Below are positions 24,934 to 38,224 of a DNA stretch of 64,000 bases, piece by piece. Both the position numbers and the translations under genes were made by a program. Source of the stretch: Phoronis australis (lineage: Eukaryota; Animalia; Phoronida). Under the pieces are notes generated by a model, which had not been told where the DNA came from, did not search any database, and was given only the letters and a program-made list of their open reading frames with translations. Position 1 is the first letter of the stretch. Each line of letters starts with the position of its first letter. The stretch lies in the NCBI GenBank assembly GCA_002633005.1, contig NMRA01000821.1:68654-132653 (forward strand). Reading direction: 5' to 3'.

Positions 24934-27900
24934 CTAGTAGACAGCTGTTTCTGTCAAATCAATATCACTGACACCAAGGAAGCGTTTAAAATCCAGTCTG
25001 GACAAGTCTATAGTCCTGTACTCTCCATGGACGATAAGTTCCATCAAGGCTCGACCAATGGGGATAATGTGTTGAAGGCCGTGACCGCTAGAACCGTTGG
25101 CAAAGAATATCTGTTTGAAGAATGGATGCTGCCCAATGATGAGATTCTGGTCGACGTAGTTGTAGTCATAGTAACCAGCCCAGGAATGCTTCACCTGTGG
25201 GGAACGATTAAAAACCAAATTTTCTTACAATAAGCAATGGCAACTCAAGAAAGTTTTATATAGTGTGATGGGAAATTTGCCATTGGTGAAAGACTGTCTT
25301 TGTCCAACATACCCCACCATCACCAACTCTGCAGTCACTACCAATTCTGACTCCTCAATCATTAATTCTACAGCAGTTCTGCACTTATGTCACACAAAAG
25401 TAAAATTTGTGAAAATCACAATTTTTCAAAGGACGATTACCTCAATGCAAATAAAGGAAACTTTGCCAAATTTTGTTCAACGACATCATTCAATCAAACC
25501 AAGTAAAAGTTAGACTAAACTTTTGTAAATGTTCATTGTCAAAATTTCGAAGCGTAATTTTCTCCGTCTTTCATATCCCCTGAACCCACGCCTGAATAGA
25601 GCAACTTCCACACAACACACCTGACACACACCAACGTCATACTCCATATATACTTTAAAGGACGCAAATGTATGAACAAATCCTAATTTTCACAGGATCT
25701 GTAACCATATCCCTAAAATGAGTGCCAAGCCACTAGATGACGCTTTATTGTGTTTAACACTACCTCTATCATCTGCAATGTCTGTTTGGAAAAATTTGAG
25801 ACCAACTCCATAACAGTCTGTGTCTGAACCAAACATTACCTTTGACAAGAGGTGGGTTTATAGCAAGTTTCATCAGAATTTATACAAGAACTTGAGACTA
25901 AACTGCAGTGAAGTTACTCTTAGAATTAAGAATTTGACCTTCGACCCATGCTTGATGATTTACTCGACTACCTTAAGATTCTCCATCACTGAAATCCTGT
26001 GGGCCATCTGTGGCCACATCTTCTGTTCAAAGTAGTCGTAGTCAACATCTAAGTTATCTATGGAGGGCTCTTCCTCCTCGGAGGGTGCCAGGCAGGACAG
26101 GTACATGTTACCCAAACCCTCTCTGCGTACAGCCAACCCGGACCTGGTGTCTATTACAAACGGCATCTCCAGGCCTGGGCCATTGGGGCAGTGTGTCACA
26201 AACACGTAGCGCTTTCTGGAACAATTGGATCAAAAGTTTAATTAGTAAATATAATAATTGCCACATATAAGCTCTGTATATAAAATATCAGATCAGCACA
26301 GAACATTTGTACCAGTATACACAGCAGTGGCAGTAACAGTATTGTCCACCAACGAATAAGTATTTGTTTATTTCGTGGACCTGAATGCTGCGTCACTGGT
26401 TCTCGTTGATCCCCAAGGCGATACCATTAAATTAGGGGGTGTACCCATTCAATTTTTTGCTGCTTTTGGAATCTTGACTTAAAACTTTTAATAAGTGCAC
26501 AATTCAGAAAGTCCTATGGTGCAATTATCCTGTCTATTACAAACACTGAGAACGACATTTTGAGAACCAGTTTCCTCCACTGAATAATTGGCATCAACTG
26601 GTTCTCAAAATTTGAGCACGTTAATTCGGAGTATTGCCCTGAGCACATTCTTACCAGGACTCAGCATCCCCGAGCCATTTACCACTCACCTGGGTTCAAC
26701 AGGTAGAGGGACAGTCAACTCCTGCACCACAGTGTCTTTGTTACCAATACCAGCCATACGGGCGACCTCACCTGCCCAGGCTCCCGCACATACAACACAG
26801 GCTGCAAACTTCACTGGCTGAATGTCACCACTGGGCAATTTCACCTGCACAGAGAAGACAGTGAGTAATATTGAGTGTTTTGATACTAACAGTAAAATTT
26901 CTTCAAACTGGAACAAAACAATTGCCAAGCACGTTTCAAGTTCATAGTTATTGGAGAAATAGCCAAAATGATTTTGAAGTTTTACTAATTTTCTGACCAG
27001 AAGATAATTATCTCTACACCTGAAAGTATGCTACAACATATCAATGTTGAATATCAAAAATTATGACATTTCAATTGGGTATTTTATTCAGAATTGCTTT
27101 GCATGAATTCTGAAGGAACAAATGCCCAAATACACCATTAACAACCCACCAGGGCGTGTCTTGGGCTGTCAATCATGTGTCGTTTGCCGCTGTGGATGTA
27201 CTCGACATTCTCATGATCGAATCCAATCACCTCTCCATTGATGTACTGTGCCCCGAGTGACGTGGCCTTTTGACGTAGGCCTTGAAGTAACGACCAACCG
27301 TCGAACCAGCCTTCGTTCTGTGTCCCTGAAGAAGTGTTGTGAAAGAGGAAGCATGATTTTTCAAAATAAATAAATGTCTTTCAAACAATACATGCACAAT
27401 TAATCATAGTTAATTTAGATATTCCATAGCAAAAATTACTACAAAGTATTCATCAACAACTATTTTGAAAATAATAACCAAGAAACTCACAAAATCGACG
27501 TAACCACGTCTGCTTTGACACTCAGCAAGTCGTGTAACTGATATAAGTGTTTTGCAAATTCCGAACAGAACATGCGCGCACCCAGGGGGAGGGAGGTGCT
27601 TGGGGGCTTCAACGAGGCCTCCCACTCGGCAATGTGGGCAGGAACTACCAAAATTCGGTGAATGCACAATTCATAGCTCTGAACGTATCCCGTGAATCTT
27701 AGTAAAAGGTCCACATTCTTGGAAATTTGAGACCCCAATTTTTAGGCTGTGCACGCACATGCATAGAAAAAAATCTCACGCGCTATGAATATGCTTCATC
27801 ACCTCATTGTTATATACTCCACTATGCTGTAAATAAAATGCCAAAATGTTTTATAGTATAATTATATTTATGGTACACCACAGATGATTGGTCAACACAC

Positions 27901-30900
27901 AAATAGAACAGAGCAGCATGGTATGCGATGCAGAACAAACTCAGAGTTAACCTGAGTAAAGTAACTTGCATGTTAGTCCCAAAAACAAACTGTAATTATT
28001 AAGATCAACAGTATTTACCAAACTAAATATGTTACATGAACAATGCAAAGATGACTTTGTTGGCAAAAACACTAATGCAAGGCACACAGTGTGAAAACTT
28101 AACTGCAAAATAAGCGGTATTGTGAGAACCACTTGACGCCTATTATTCAGTGGAGAAAACTAGTTCTCAAAATACGGCCACGTTATATCCGATATGCGAC
28201 AATTAGTACCAAATAAACTGTAACATCTAATACAGGAGAGGAATAAAAGGTCATTCAAAAATAAATGAAGGAGTGGTTAGGTGAAGAGTAATAACACGGA
28301 ATTACTACATGACAGGTATAAGGCATAACAACATTGCATGAAACTCTAATGGACAAAAGTGATATTCTACTGCAACCATCATTTCCATTTCATTAACTTC
28401 CCATAAGATGCGAGTCTAAATGAGACAGAGTTTATCAGAGATCTGATGTGTGAGTACTTGTTTCTTGTTGTAAGACCCTACATTTCGTGGCTTCCCTATT
28501 TCAGTGAGACAAAATACAATTTGATCTGTAACAAAACATACCATAGGTTGCAAGCTCCACGTCGTCAGTATTCAGCCAAGGAAACTTCTCCTTCAGCTGT
28601 GAGGCAGTTAACAGCTTGACCTTAGCGCCCTCTGACCTGCAGAAATTTGCACATTATAATGAGCTACATCTCCGGGTCAAAGGTCAACACAGAATACCAT
28701 GTCAGTGTTCCTTGCCCACATGTCAAACTTGTTTCATGAAATTCACACTGACGTAACATACGTGTGGCACAGTTAGAACACAGCATGAGGAAAACCTAAT
28801 TGTAATTCATAAGCGCCAGATGAGGTTTATTCTCAAGTCATACAATTTCAGACAAAACCTGTAAATACCTGGCAGTTATCACTTTTCGTTGACAAACTCT
28901 TAAAAAAAGTGGCTGTTTATCCAACAAATATCATAGTGCAAGTCAGAAATGCACAAATCTTTCTCCCAAATGAGCCATGTAGTGAAGGACATTAAATATC
29001 AAAAGCATGTAACAAATCCATTAACAAACATCAAACTTCGAATGTAACAGAAAAATAATTTTCTCGGTGACATAAAATTCTCTCACATACATGTATAAGT
29101 CATATTTCTTCTTCAGACCTTCAGCACCATTACTATCAGCCACAAACAGGTATCCTCCTGGGTTGAATTGAACATCTGGAGGGGGCTCACCTACATGAAC
29201 ATTTCAGGCACAATATATGGTTGTAAATCGGCTACAGTACAACTGAGGTTAAAGGTCAGAACTAAAAGCACAGACTTTCATATACTATGCATTCGACAAA
29301 GAAAAGATAAGTGGTGACTGCATAGATTGATTTATTTTTCGAGCCACCCACCAAATAACACAAATATGTGTGAACACCACAGTGCCACCTGGTGAACTTC
29401 CCATGAACTCTTCATATCACATTGATGATGAGAATAGTGCTACCTTTTCAAACAAAACATGTTCAAACTAACCTTTAAAAACAGCGTAAGAGTACAGCAG
29501 TTGTTCATCCTATGGTGATACATCAAACATCATAGGCAAAAGTTACCAACATCCTCACAATTTTGACCAGAAAATTTGTGTCAGATCAATTTTCACAATC
29601 TCATCAATAGATTGAGTGCTGACTAAGAAACGTAGTTGAGAGTCCAGCCTTATTGATCAGGTCAACAAGCTACCTATCAATCATATTTGAATGAGCAACC
29701 GTGTATCCAGAGGAAATTTAGTGACTTTTCAGTTATAAATATCTGAATCCAAGCTCGACTGGAATTTCAACATTCATGAGCGTGTTCACACTATGAGGAG
29801 TTTGTGCGTTAATTCTTGGAATAAATGCATTGAAGCGGTACCAAAAGTCCAAAATGGCCTAACTTGCTTAAGTAGTGACTAATCGCCCAATGCCTCAAAC
29901 TCGTTGCATAGGTTTTCAAACTCGGCGGATGTAAGCTAAACTAGTCGAGGCAAAAATCAAACTCGACACAGTTATATGTCAATACATGTTGTGGAAAACA
30001 CTTTAATCTTCAGCTGCAGACTCTATAGCTCAACAGAAGAGCACTGCATGCTTAACACACTATTACCTTCCACTACCAAATATTCCTTGTGTTTCCTCAG
30101 GAACTCTGCAGTGAACATGGACATCTGTATATTCTCCCCCTGAGAGAACTGTTGTCTAAGACCTCCAGCAGACAGAGTGGTGGACGCCCTGGTGTACTGA
30201 AATAGAAAGGACCTCATTGATGACAGAGTAGACATTAAAAGGACACTAAACCCTGTTTTGAGGATTTCCACAAATTCTCGTTCTGGCACCTGCTAATGCA
30301 TCATTGGCGTAAGTTAAAGGCAGGACTCAATTAAAAATCAAACTCCTTTGTCACAGTTTGGACATTATGGTCCTTGTTGGGTGGTCTTTTCCCACAGTTA
30401 CTGTGTAATTTACTAAAAGTTGAGGCCACGCTTGCCCATTTAGGAGACTTTTAAAGGAGTTTATAATTTTTCCTACAAACTTTTGAGGGTTGCAGAGGGT
30501 TACAGAGAATTGTTTTGTTTCAGAGAACTGGATCGGAGAGTACTTTTTAGTAACTGTTAACAGGTCAAAACAGGGTTTGGTATCTTTTTAACAAAGTGTA
30601 CTGGATCAGTAATCTCACGTTTAAGTTATGTAGGACCATATGAACATGTTTGAGTATTTAGGTTTGGTACCCTGATTTGACGAGATATTGTTACGAACAA
30701 CCTAAATCAGACATCATCTTAATTCTTGGCGTAAAACCCAACCCATAATAATGTCACCAATGTAGGAATCAGAAACACACAATTATATTTAATAATAATA
30801 AAATAATAAATAAAATACTATATTGAAGCAGACACTTGACGTTGGAATAATTGAAAAATGAGACTAAACTACAGTGATTTAACAAATTGTTATAAGTGAT

Positions 30901-32944
30901 AGGTGGCACCACAATCTGTCTTCAAAGAGGAGAAAACTGGATTCAATACCGTAGCTAAATGTAACCTGTTTAACAAAATAATTGTATAAACAACACAGTT
31001 CACAAGGTTACACAGCTTGGAGTTCAACATGTTGACAAGTCATGTGCTCCAACACAGTGTGATTTAAAATGGGACGAAGTTGTTTATAACTTTCTGGGGT
31101 AACAACGCGTCGACTTATTTTGCAAAATTATCTTCTATACTTTTATATTGTATTATTGTGCCTAAAATAAAAGCAAGTTTGCATGTTTACTCCACAGATG
31201 CAAGTGTGAGTAAAATAATGCTCGCTAGTTTTGGCTTTATATAGTGAAGGCAATAAGTTCCATATAAGTTACAAAAAGCACAGTCCAATGTTTGTATCTG
31301 GAATGATGACGAAGATTACACGAGCGTAACAATCCCGTAAAGTTAATTCACTTTCATAGGCACCATGAAAAATTAACTCAATTCACCAATGCAACAGTGG
31401 TATTTGCTTCACTGAGTTGACACTACACTGGAAAAATCAAATCATTCAGAAAAGCACTGTCTCAGTTTCAGATGTTGTACATGGTTTAGTGATAAAAAGA
31501 TAAAGAATCAGCTGTTCCGAGAGAACACAGATAGTGTGAATTGTGTCTACATGGTGAGATCGGAGATGAGTACCATTTTCGGTGTCATTGTGAAATGCTG
31601 GAAAACCTTAGAGAATGTACAATTACCAGAATCTTTTAAGGAAGATTGCAGTGCAATATTCTGAGATCCGATGAAACCCTAGCCTTAAATCAGGTGGCAA
31701 TATATATTTTTTAGGAAACAAAGTAAGAAAACATTTTTCGCAAGAGGATTGATTGCATAATTGTTTGGTTATCTCTGTAGCAAATTGCCTGTGTTTGTTG
31801 AACATGAGTGTCTTTGAAAAATTGTGAGTTAACAGTTTTGAAAGGCCGGTAACCTACACAATAACTACACTGGACTCACCGTACTGTCACGTTCAATAAT
31901 AGCGACTGTGAACCCCCGTGGATTCAATTGTTTCAACCAATAGGCAACTGAAGAACCAATGCCACCGCCACCTGGGGGAAGACAAATGATTTAACATGAG
32001 TCATGTTCAGCAGTTTTGTCTGTATGTGCGTGAGTATGCAGCAAGATAAACTGGGCCCATTTTATTGAGAATACTGTTTTACAAGAGTTCATGCTTTGTT
32101 ATAAGGAGTAACAATCCAACCCAAAATAACAAGGAATGTTGTGGAACAATAGGATATTGTGAATCAGTGACTGCCCTCAAGTAAATCTCTCAGTTTATTC
32201 CTGTTCGGTGACCTGACAAAATAGTGCTAATAAATGAAGGTCCCTCTTACAGACATTTGACCATTACTGAGAAAACAGCAAACCAGCACACCATGGGAAT
32301 ACTCATCATAATGATCAAGACATTTCTATGGGAAGGCCCAGTGCTTCACTTGCAACACCTAGACACAGTAAATTCCAATTCTGCATTGGCTGACTATAAT
32401 TACATCATGTATTTCACCAGATACTCTCGGTTACAGACATTTCTTCCTACCAATAATTAGTACATCAATTTCCCTGGGACACTGCAGTACGCCTTTTGTA
32501 TGCCCTCTCAACTCTGACTTGATAATCTTCCACGGGTCCTTGTATTCATCCACCCGAGGTAGACGTCGCCCTCCTCCTGAAACATCCAAGAGGAAAGTTT
32601 ATAGTTTGAGCATACCTGTCAGCTAGGGTGACAGGTGAAATTGTCAAGCATCAGTGTTACCATTGGCAAAGATAGACTTCTAAACTTTAAAACCCTAAAA
32701 AAATAAATAAAGGCATGTGGATTGAAACGCACTAATGACATTTTTCGGAAACCTTGTGTAAACTAAAAGAGCAATTGTGAAAGCCTGTAAATTAATTCTC
32801 AAGCCCCTAATTTATGATCTCTTAATCAACGAGAACTTGAAACCAGCCAATAGAGACATGACCTATTATTACATACTTCCTATACATACCTGAATAACAG
32901 CGACATGTTGTAGTGCTTAGACTGCGCACAAGTCTCTTGAACAT
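24934..32944 (-). CDS. FOXRED1: FAD-dependent oxidoreductase domain-containing protein 1 (mitochondrial complex I assembly factor), 477 aa
   Basis: Exons 32944-32890, 32576-32451, 31971-31880, 30196-30067, 29190-29091, 28636-28542, 27325-27150, 26844-26690, 26215-25972 and 25194-24934 (1434 nt, in frame). N-terminal mitochondrial-type presequence [18 protein letters not shown]; FAD motif [18 protein letters not shown]; further motifs [39 protein letters not shown] and SGHGLQ. A 5'UTR exon donor lies near 33399. Confidence 0.96.
30235..30624. mobile_element. Old TTAA-starting non-autonomous DNA element; a diverged relative lies at ~58393-58800
   Basis: Both copies begin ttaaaa..gacactaaaccctgtttt and share ctcgttctg, tggtcttt..c.acagt and g.cacg.ttgcc. 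A Kolobok/piggyBac-like assignment is inferred only from the TTAA. Confidence 0.55.
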
Positions 32945-33579
32945 GACGGCAGAGTGTTACGTAGTGCCCAAGACGTCACCAAAACTGAAATGACAAGCCT
33001 GTGAAATTTACAGCAAACAAAAAAAAACAATAAATATTACAGCAAACAAAAAAAAAACAATAATAAAACAAATATCTCGTTGCCCATGACTTCAATGACA
33101 CTGGTCTACTCAGTGGAGTGTTTACCTGAATAGAATCTAGCCAGCCAGCTAAACCGCTTTGCATATCCAGATGTCATACTTTAGAAAAAATCCCATGTAA
33201 AACCTGTTTTATAGTGTACAATGAGTTATGTTTTGTTGATGTAACCCTGTAACTTGTTATATGAGCCAGCTTGGCTGACCCACTTCAGGTAGTGTACTGC
33301 CTAGACATATACCCTGCCTGTAAATCACTATTTTCCTGCACAGTGTCGACATGCTTGACTCGGCCTTGACTGAGCTTGAAAGAAAGTACGCCAACTTACC
33401 GGGTCTATAGAATCTTGATGCAAACTCAAGTTGTCTCCACTGCTAATGCGAATGACAGTTTTGGCGACAGACTGTTAGACCCCCGATACGTTATTATAGT
33501 CTATGGTCAAATAAAGTCAATACAGATGACCGTTTTCTCATGTGACTCGCTTCACTGTCTTTTACTGCTCATTGACGCA

Positions 33580-36500
33580 GGACCTAACAAACTACACCGG
33601 TAAGTGGCGACACCAAGCGGTCGTCAATGAAAATACAGCTCACCATCTATTGACCGCCCCACAAAATGCATGCTAACCCAAGACTTTTCAACTGTATGGT
33701 ACGGGCCAGTCAGACAGGGCCTGCGGTCTCATCTCCTCGAAATCGAACACAAAATTATATTTATGACATAAGGTCTTCTCGAACTCAAGATACATGTTGA
33801 CTCTTAAAATAGCGAACATTTTTCATGTCCACCCGTGGCCGGGTTTGCCCCGCGGCCGATAGCAAGCGGCGGGGGGGGGGGCGATATGCCCCTGAATCGT
33901 GATAACTTTTGCTGGCTTCTAGGGGAAACCGTAGCGACAGCTACAGGCGAAGGGCAGTCACGAAGCATTCAGAGGGTAGAAATTTAAATCCCTTTGTCAA
34001 CTACCAGTCTCATCATTTAGGGGCTATAGACCTACCCAGGATATTTTTGTTAGTAACAGATTTTTATATACTGCCAGTGTTGGATTTTTTGTAATTGCAC
34101 ATAAAAATGTTTTCTAAGTTGATCATATATACCCCGAAAAAGTCCGGAAAACTTAGTTTTGCAGGATAAATTGATTCGTTTTTTTTATATTCAGAGACGC
34201 AACATTAGGGACCCTCTTGGGGTAAGCGTTAACGGAATCACCATTCTGACGTTATTCCGTTTTTTTAGTTGAATATCAGTTGGATCCAAATTCAGAGCCT
34301 GACAAACAGGGGCTCTTTTGGCGCCATCAATTGCAGTCCGTTTCCTGATTTTCACTGAAATTATGTCGGCCGGCTTTTAGGGCCGTTCATGACACCCATA
34401 AACACCCTAAAAAAGACATCCCCTCATCTAAAGGGGGCACTCACAGAAGATCACCCGATACTAACTATCACTTAATAACGTAAACTTTCGTATAAAAGAG
34501 CTTCCTTTCTGACGAAGTAGACCCTGTCTCGTCACTGAAGGGAGCCCCGCATGACAATCGTCTCTTTGCCCCGCTACGAGCCCGGGGCGAGGGGACGTGG
34601 AAAACATTTGAAAGTGGTCGAAAAAACACAGAACATTTACCATTCAATCACTTCGAACTCAGTATAATATGCGATCCAGGCCACTAAACAACCATGCAAA
34701 TTACTTGAAATTTGTTGAAAATAGAATATTTACAATAATAATAATGATGATATTGTTAATGATAATGGTAATGATAAAGAAAATAAACTTTATTTATAGA
34801 GGATAAAATACAATACAATAAAAAATGCTTTAGCCATGAAAGGCTAGTAATATGCAGCACGGTCCTCTCAAAGCAATAAATCAAAATAAATAGATTAACT
34901 TAGATTAGTTAAATTAACTTTAAAATTAAAACCATTTAAATGAATACCCAAAAATTAAATTGACAAATAGAATTAAAAATAAATTATACATTAGCACTGA
35001 CCACCATCGAGAGGCGGGAAATTTTCACTAGGCTATTTGTGCAAATCATAGGAAGACAGTCGACGCGCTTTGAGCAGTCGTAAACAACGAGCGTGGTTTC
35101 TGGAGCGCAAGTTCAGCTTTAACAGGCTACCACTGGAACTAAGCAGAACTCACGGTAACACGAAGAAATTTTGAGAATTTCTTGGGGGTAGGGTGCCCAA
35201 GGTCACCGTCTCATGGTCTGCCGTTGCCAACCAAGGAGCTGCTTACTGGACCTAACTAACTACACCGGTAAGTGGCGCCACCAAGCAGTCGCCAATGAAA
35301 ATACAGCTCACCGCCTCTTGACGACAAAATACATGCTGAACTCGGACTTTTTAACAGGTACGGGCCAGTCAGGCAGCACCTGCGGTCTCATCTTCTTGAA
35401 ATCGAACACAAAATTCTGCTTACGACATTTGTGTCTTATTTCTACTCGAACTTAAGGTACATGCCCGAGTACATTGGTACATATGCATGCAGGCCGTTGG
35501 GAAGCGGCGGGGGGGGGCAAATGTCCCCAAGTCATGATAACTTTCGCAGGCCTCGAAGTGAAACCGTAGTGACCGGTACAGGCGTAGGCAGTCACGATAC
35601 AAGCAGACAGGAGAAATTTAAAACGAATGTCAACTACCAGTCACATCATTTAATATATTTTTGTTAGGAGCAGAACTTTATTTGTGGCCGCTGTTGGATT
35701 TTTTTCTAAATGCATATAAAAATGTTTCTAAGTTGATCGTATACCTCGAAAAAGTCCGGAAAGCTTGGTACGCACAGGTTTTGCAGGATAAATTGATTCC
35801 GATTTTTATATTCAGAGATGCGACATTTACCAAGGGACCGTCTTGCACTAAGCGATAACGGAATCACCATTCTGTCGTTATTCCGTATTTTAATTGAATA
35901 TCATTTGATCCAAATTGAGAGCCTGACACGGTAGATAGGGGATCTTTTGATGTTATCAATTGCAGCACGCTTCCTGATTTTCATGAAATCATGTTGACTT
36001 TTAGCCGGGGCTCCTGGCAGTTTTTGGCCAGGGCCCATTAATGTTTACCATAGCAACCCTTAAAACGACATCGCAGATAACATTTGAAAGTGATCGAAAA
36101 TAATCAATAAACCAATACAAAGTATCAGATCATCCAGATATGTGACCCAGGAAAACAACCATGCAAATTATTTGAGCTTTTGCTGAAAATAGAACATTAA
36201 TAAAAACAATACCAAAATAATAAGAATAAACTTTATTTATAAAAGATAAAATACAATAGAATTAGAAACATGCTTTAGCCAAAGGCAAATATACAGAATG
36301 GTCCGCGCACAGCAATAAATTAAATTAATTAACTTAATAGAATTTAAATGAATATTTACAAATTAAATTTAGAAATTGAATTAAAAATAAATTAAACCGA
36401 GAGGACAGAAATTTTCACTATTTGTAACTCATACGAAGACAGTCGATGCACTTCGACAAAAAAATCATACTTTTTCCCAAAGAATTTAGAAAATGATAAT

Positions 36501-36831
36501 TCTTTTAAGGATCGTTGTTAGAAAAGCATATGATTGTTGTTGATGAACAGGGAGTTGTTCGTACGAAACACGTACATGTCGATCAGACTGTCTTGGAATA
36601 TTTTTTTTAATGACCAGGAGCAGTGTGCACGCTCAACGGATTAACTTGCTCTACGCATGTGTACTGGCAGTCGTAAACAAACAGTATGGTTTCTGGAGTG
36701 CAAGTTCGGCTGAAAAAGGCTACCACTGAAACTAACCAGAACTCACGGTAACTCGAACATATTCTGAGAATTTCCTAGGGGTAGGGTACCCAAGTAGTCT
36801 CATGGTCTGCCGTTGCCAACCAAGGAGCTGC
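33580..36831 (+). repeat. Head-to-tail tandem duplication, units 33580-35242 and 35248-36831
   Basis: Both units start ggacctaac.aactacaccggtaagtggcg and end gtctcatggtctgccgttgccaaccaaggagctgc. They are clearly diverged with indels, and unit 2 has an extra ~220-bp segment near 36445-36665. Confidence 0.92.
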
Positions 36832-38072
36832 CTGCATGTCTCAGAGAATTGCTTCAAATTACATATAACAGCGAACAACGCACTTCAAAAACATTTAAGG
36901 TGCGCTTTTTGTACCTTTAGTTTCAATAATTTGTTACCATGTGAGACCCCAACACGTTTGGGTTTATCATCTGATACCCTGTAAAACTTCACTGGTTTCT
37001 GATTTACATATTTGTATCGTTTCAACTAAAATGGAGTGGTTGAATTACTATTGTGTAGTTAATCATATAACAGATTTATGATGCTCCAGTGAACGTAGAT
37101 ACAGGCTGAGCTTTTGGGAAATTCTATTATCCCAACCCCAAACAACAACGTGTACTACACATCTTTTTATCAGTCTGAAATTAACCCTCTTAATGTTTCG
37201 CTAAATGTTGACGTAGGTTGATGAAATTCAATCAGTTGTACTTCAGTTGTCGTCACGTAGGTAAAATCCTAAAACACAACTTATTCACTAACGCAAAGCG
37301 GACTTATAATAGCTTTAAGTGAAATCAAACATTTGTTTTTAAACTATGTATTTTATATTCAATTAAAAAATGTCAATTGAAAACACGAGAAGCCCAGACA
37401 ACTGGAAAACATCCCCATTAACATTTTCGACAGTCTCATACATTAATTTGAAGAGGGATGATTCGATTTAAATTGCACGTGCGAGACACTTGATGGTGTT
37501 ATCGGGTAAATATCAAAGTTCTTTTTGACGCAGTAAAAATTCCACAACAAAAACTCCATTAAATTTGACATTAGCGTAATTTTTTTGTGTAGCGCTTCTA
37601 TTATGATTAATGAAGCGTTTCTGTTACAATATCATTTTTTGCATTTGACGCAGGAATACGAGAACGATAAGCTCTTGAATACACGGGAGTATCGATTTTC
37701 TACACTTTTGAAATCGTGTTTTGATCGGGGGGTTATTTTCAGGTAGGATTCAATTATTAGTTTCGTGAGTGTGTGTGGGAAAAACAGCCAAAGAGACGTA
37801 ACACATTACAGGAGTACTGTGTGACGAATAAGCATTTGGGATCAAAAGAGAGTGCTGAACTGCCGAATTATATCGGTTAGTCGGCGTTAAGAAAGTGTAG
37901 CACGCGTGCCGTCAAAGAATCGAACTTTTTATTTGGCCGCTTGCCGCAACAAAAATCGTCTCAAATTGTTCCTCAATCAGTTGAGATGTCACTTCTGGAT
38001 TAGCAAAGAACTAACAATTCCTTACACGTTGAGGCAATGCTCGGCGATTCAAATGACACGACGCTACAAGCC

Positions 38073-38224
38073 AACTTGTAGAAACTTGTAGAAACTTGTA
38101 GAAACTTGTGGAAACTTGTGGAAACTTGTAGAAACTTGTAGAAACTTGTAGAAACTTGTAGAAACTTGTAGAAACTTGTAGAAACTTGTAGAAACTTGTA
38201 GAAACTTGTAGAAACTTGTAGAAC
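38073..38224. repeat. 10-bp tandem repeat (AACTTGTAGA)n, about 15 copies
   Basis: Directly visible, nearly perfect units. Confidence 0.97.

Noticed and set aside
32290-32360. HRNVLII peptide as an alternative FOXRED1 exon
   Set aside because: It has an in-frame stop, and the true exon 32576-32451 already supplies DVLIIG.
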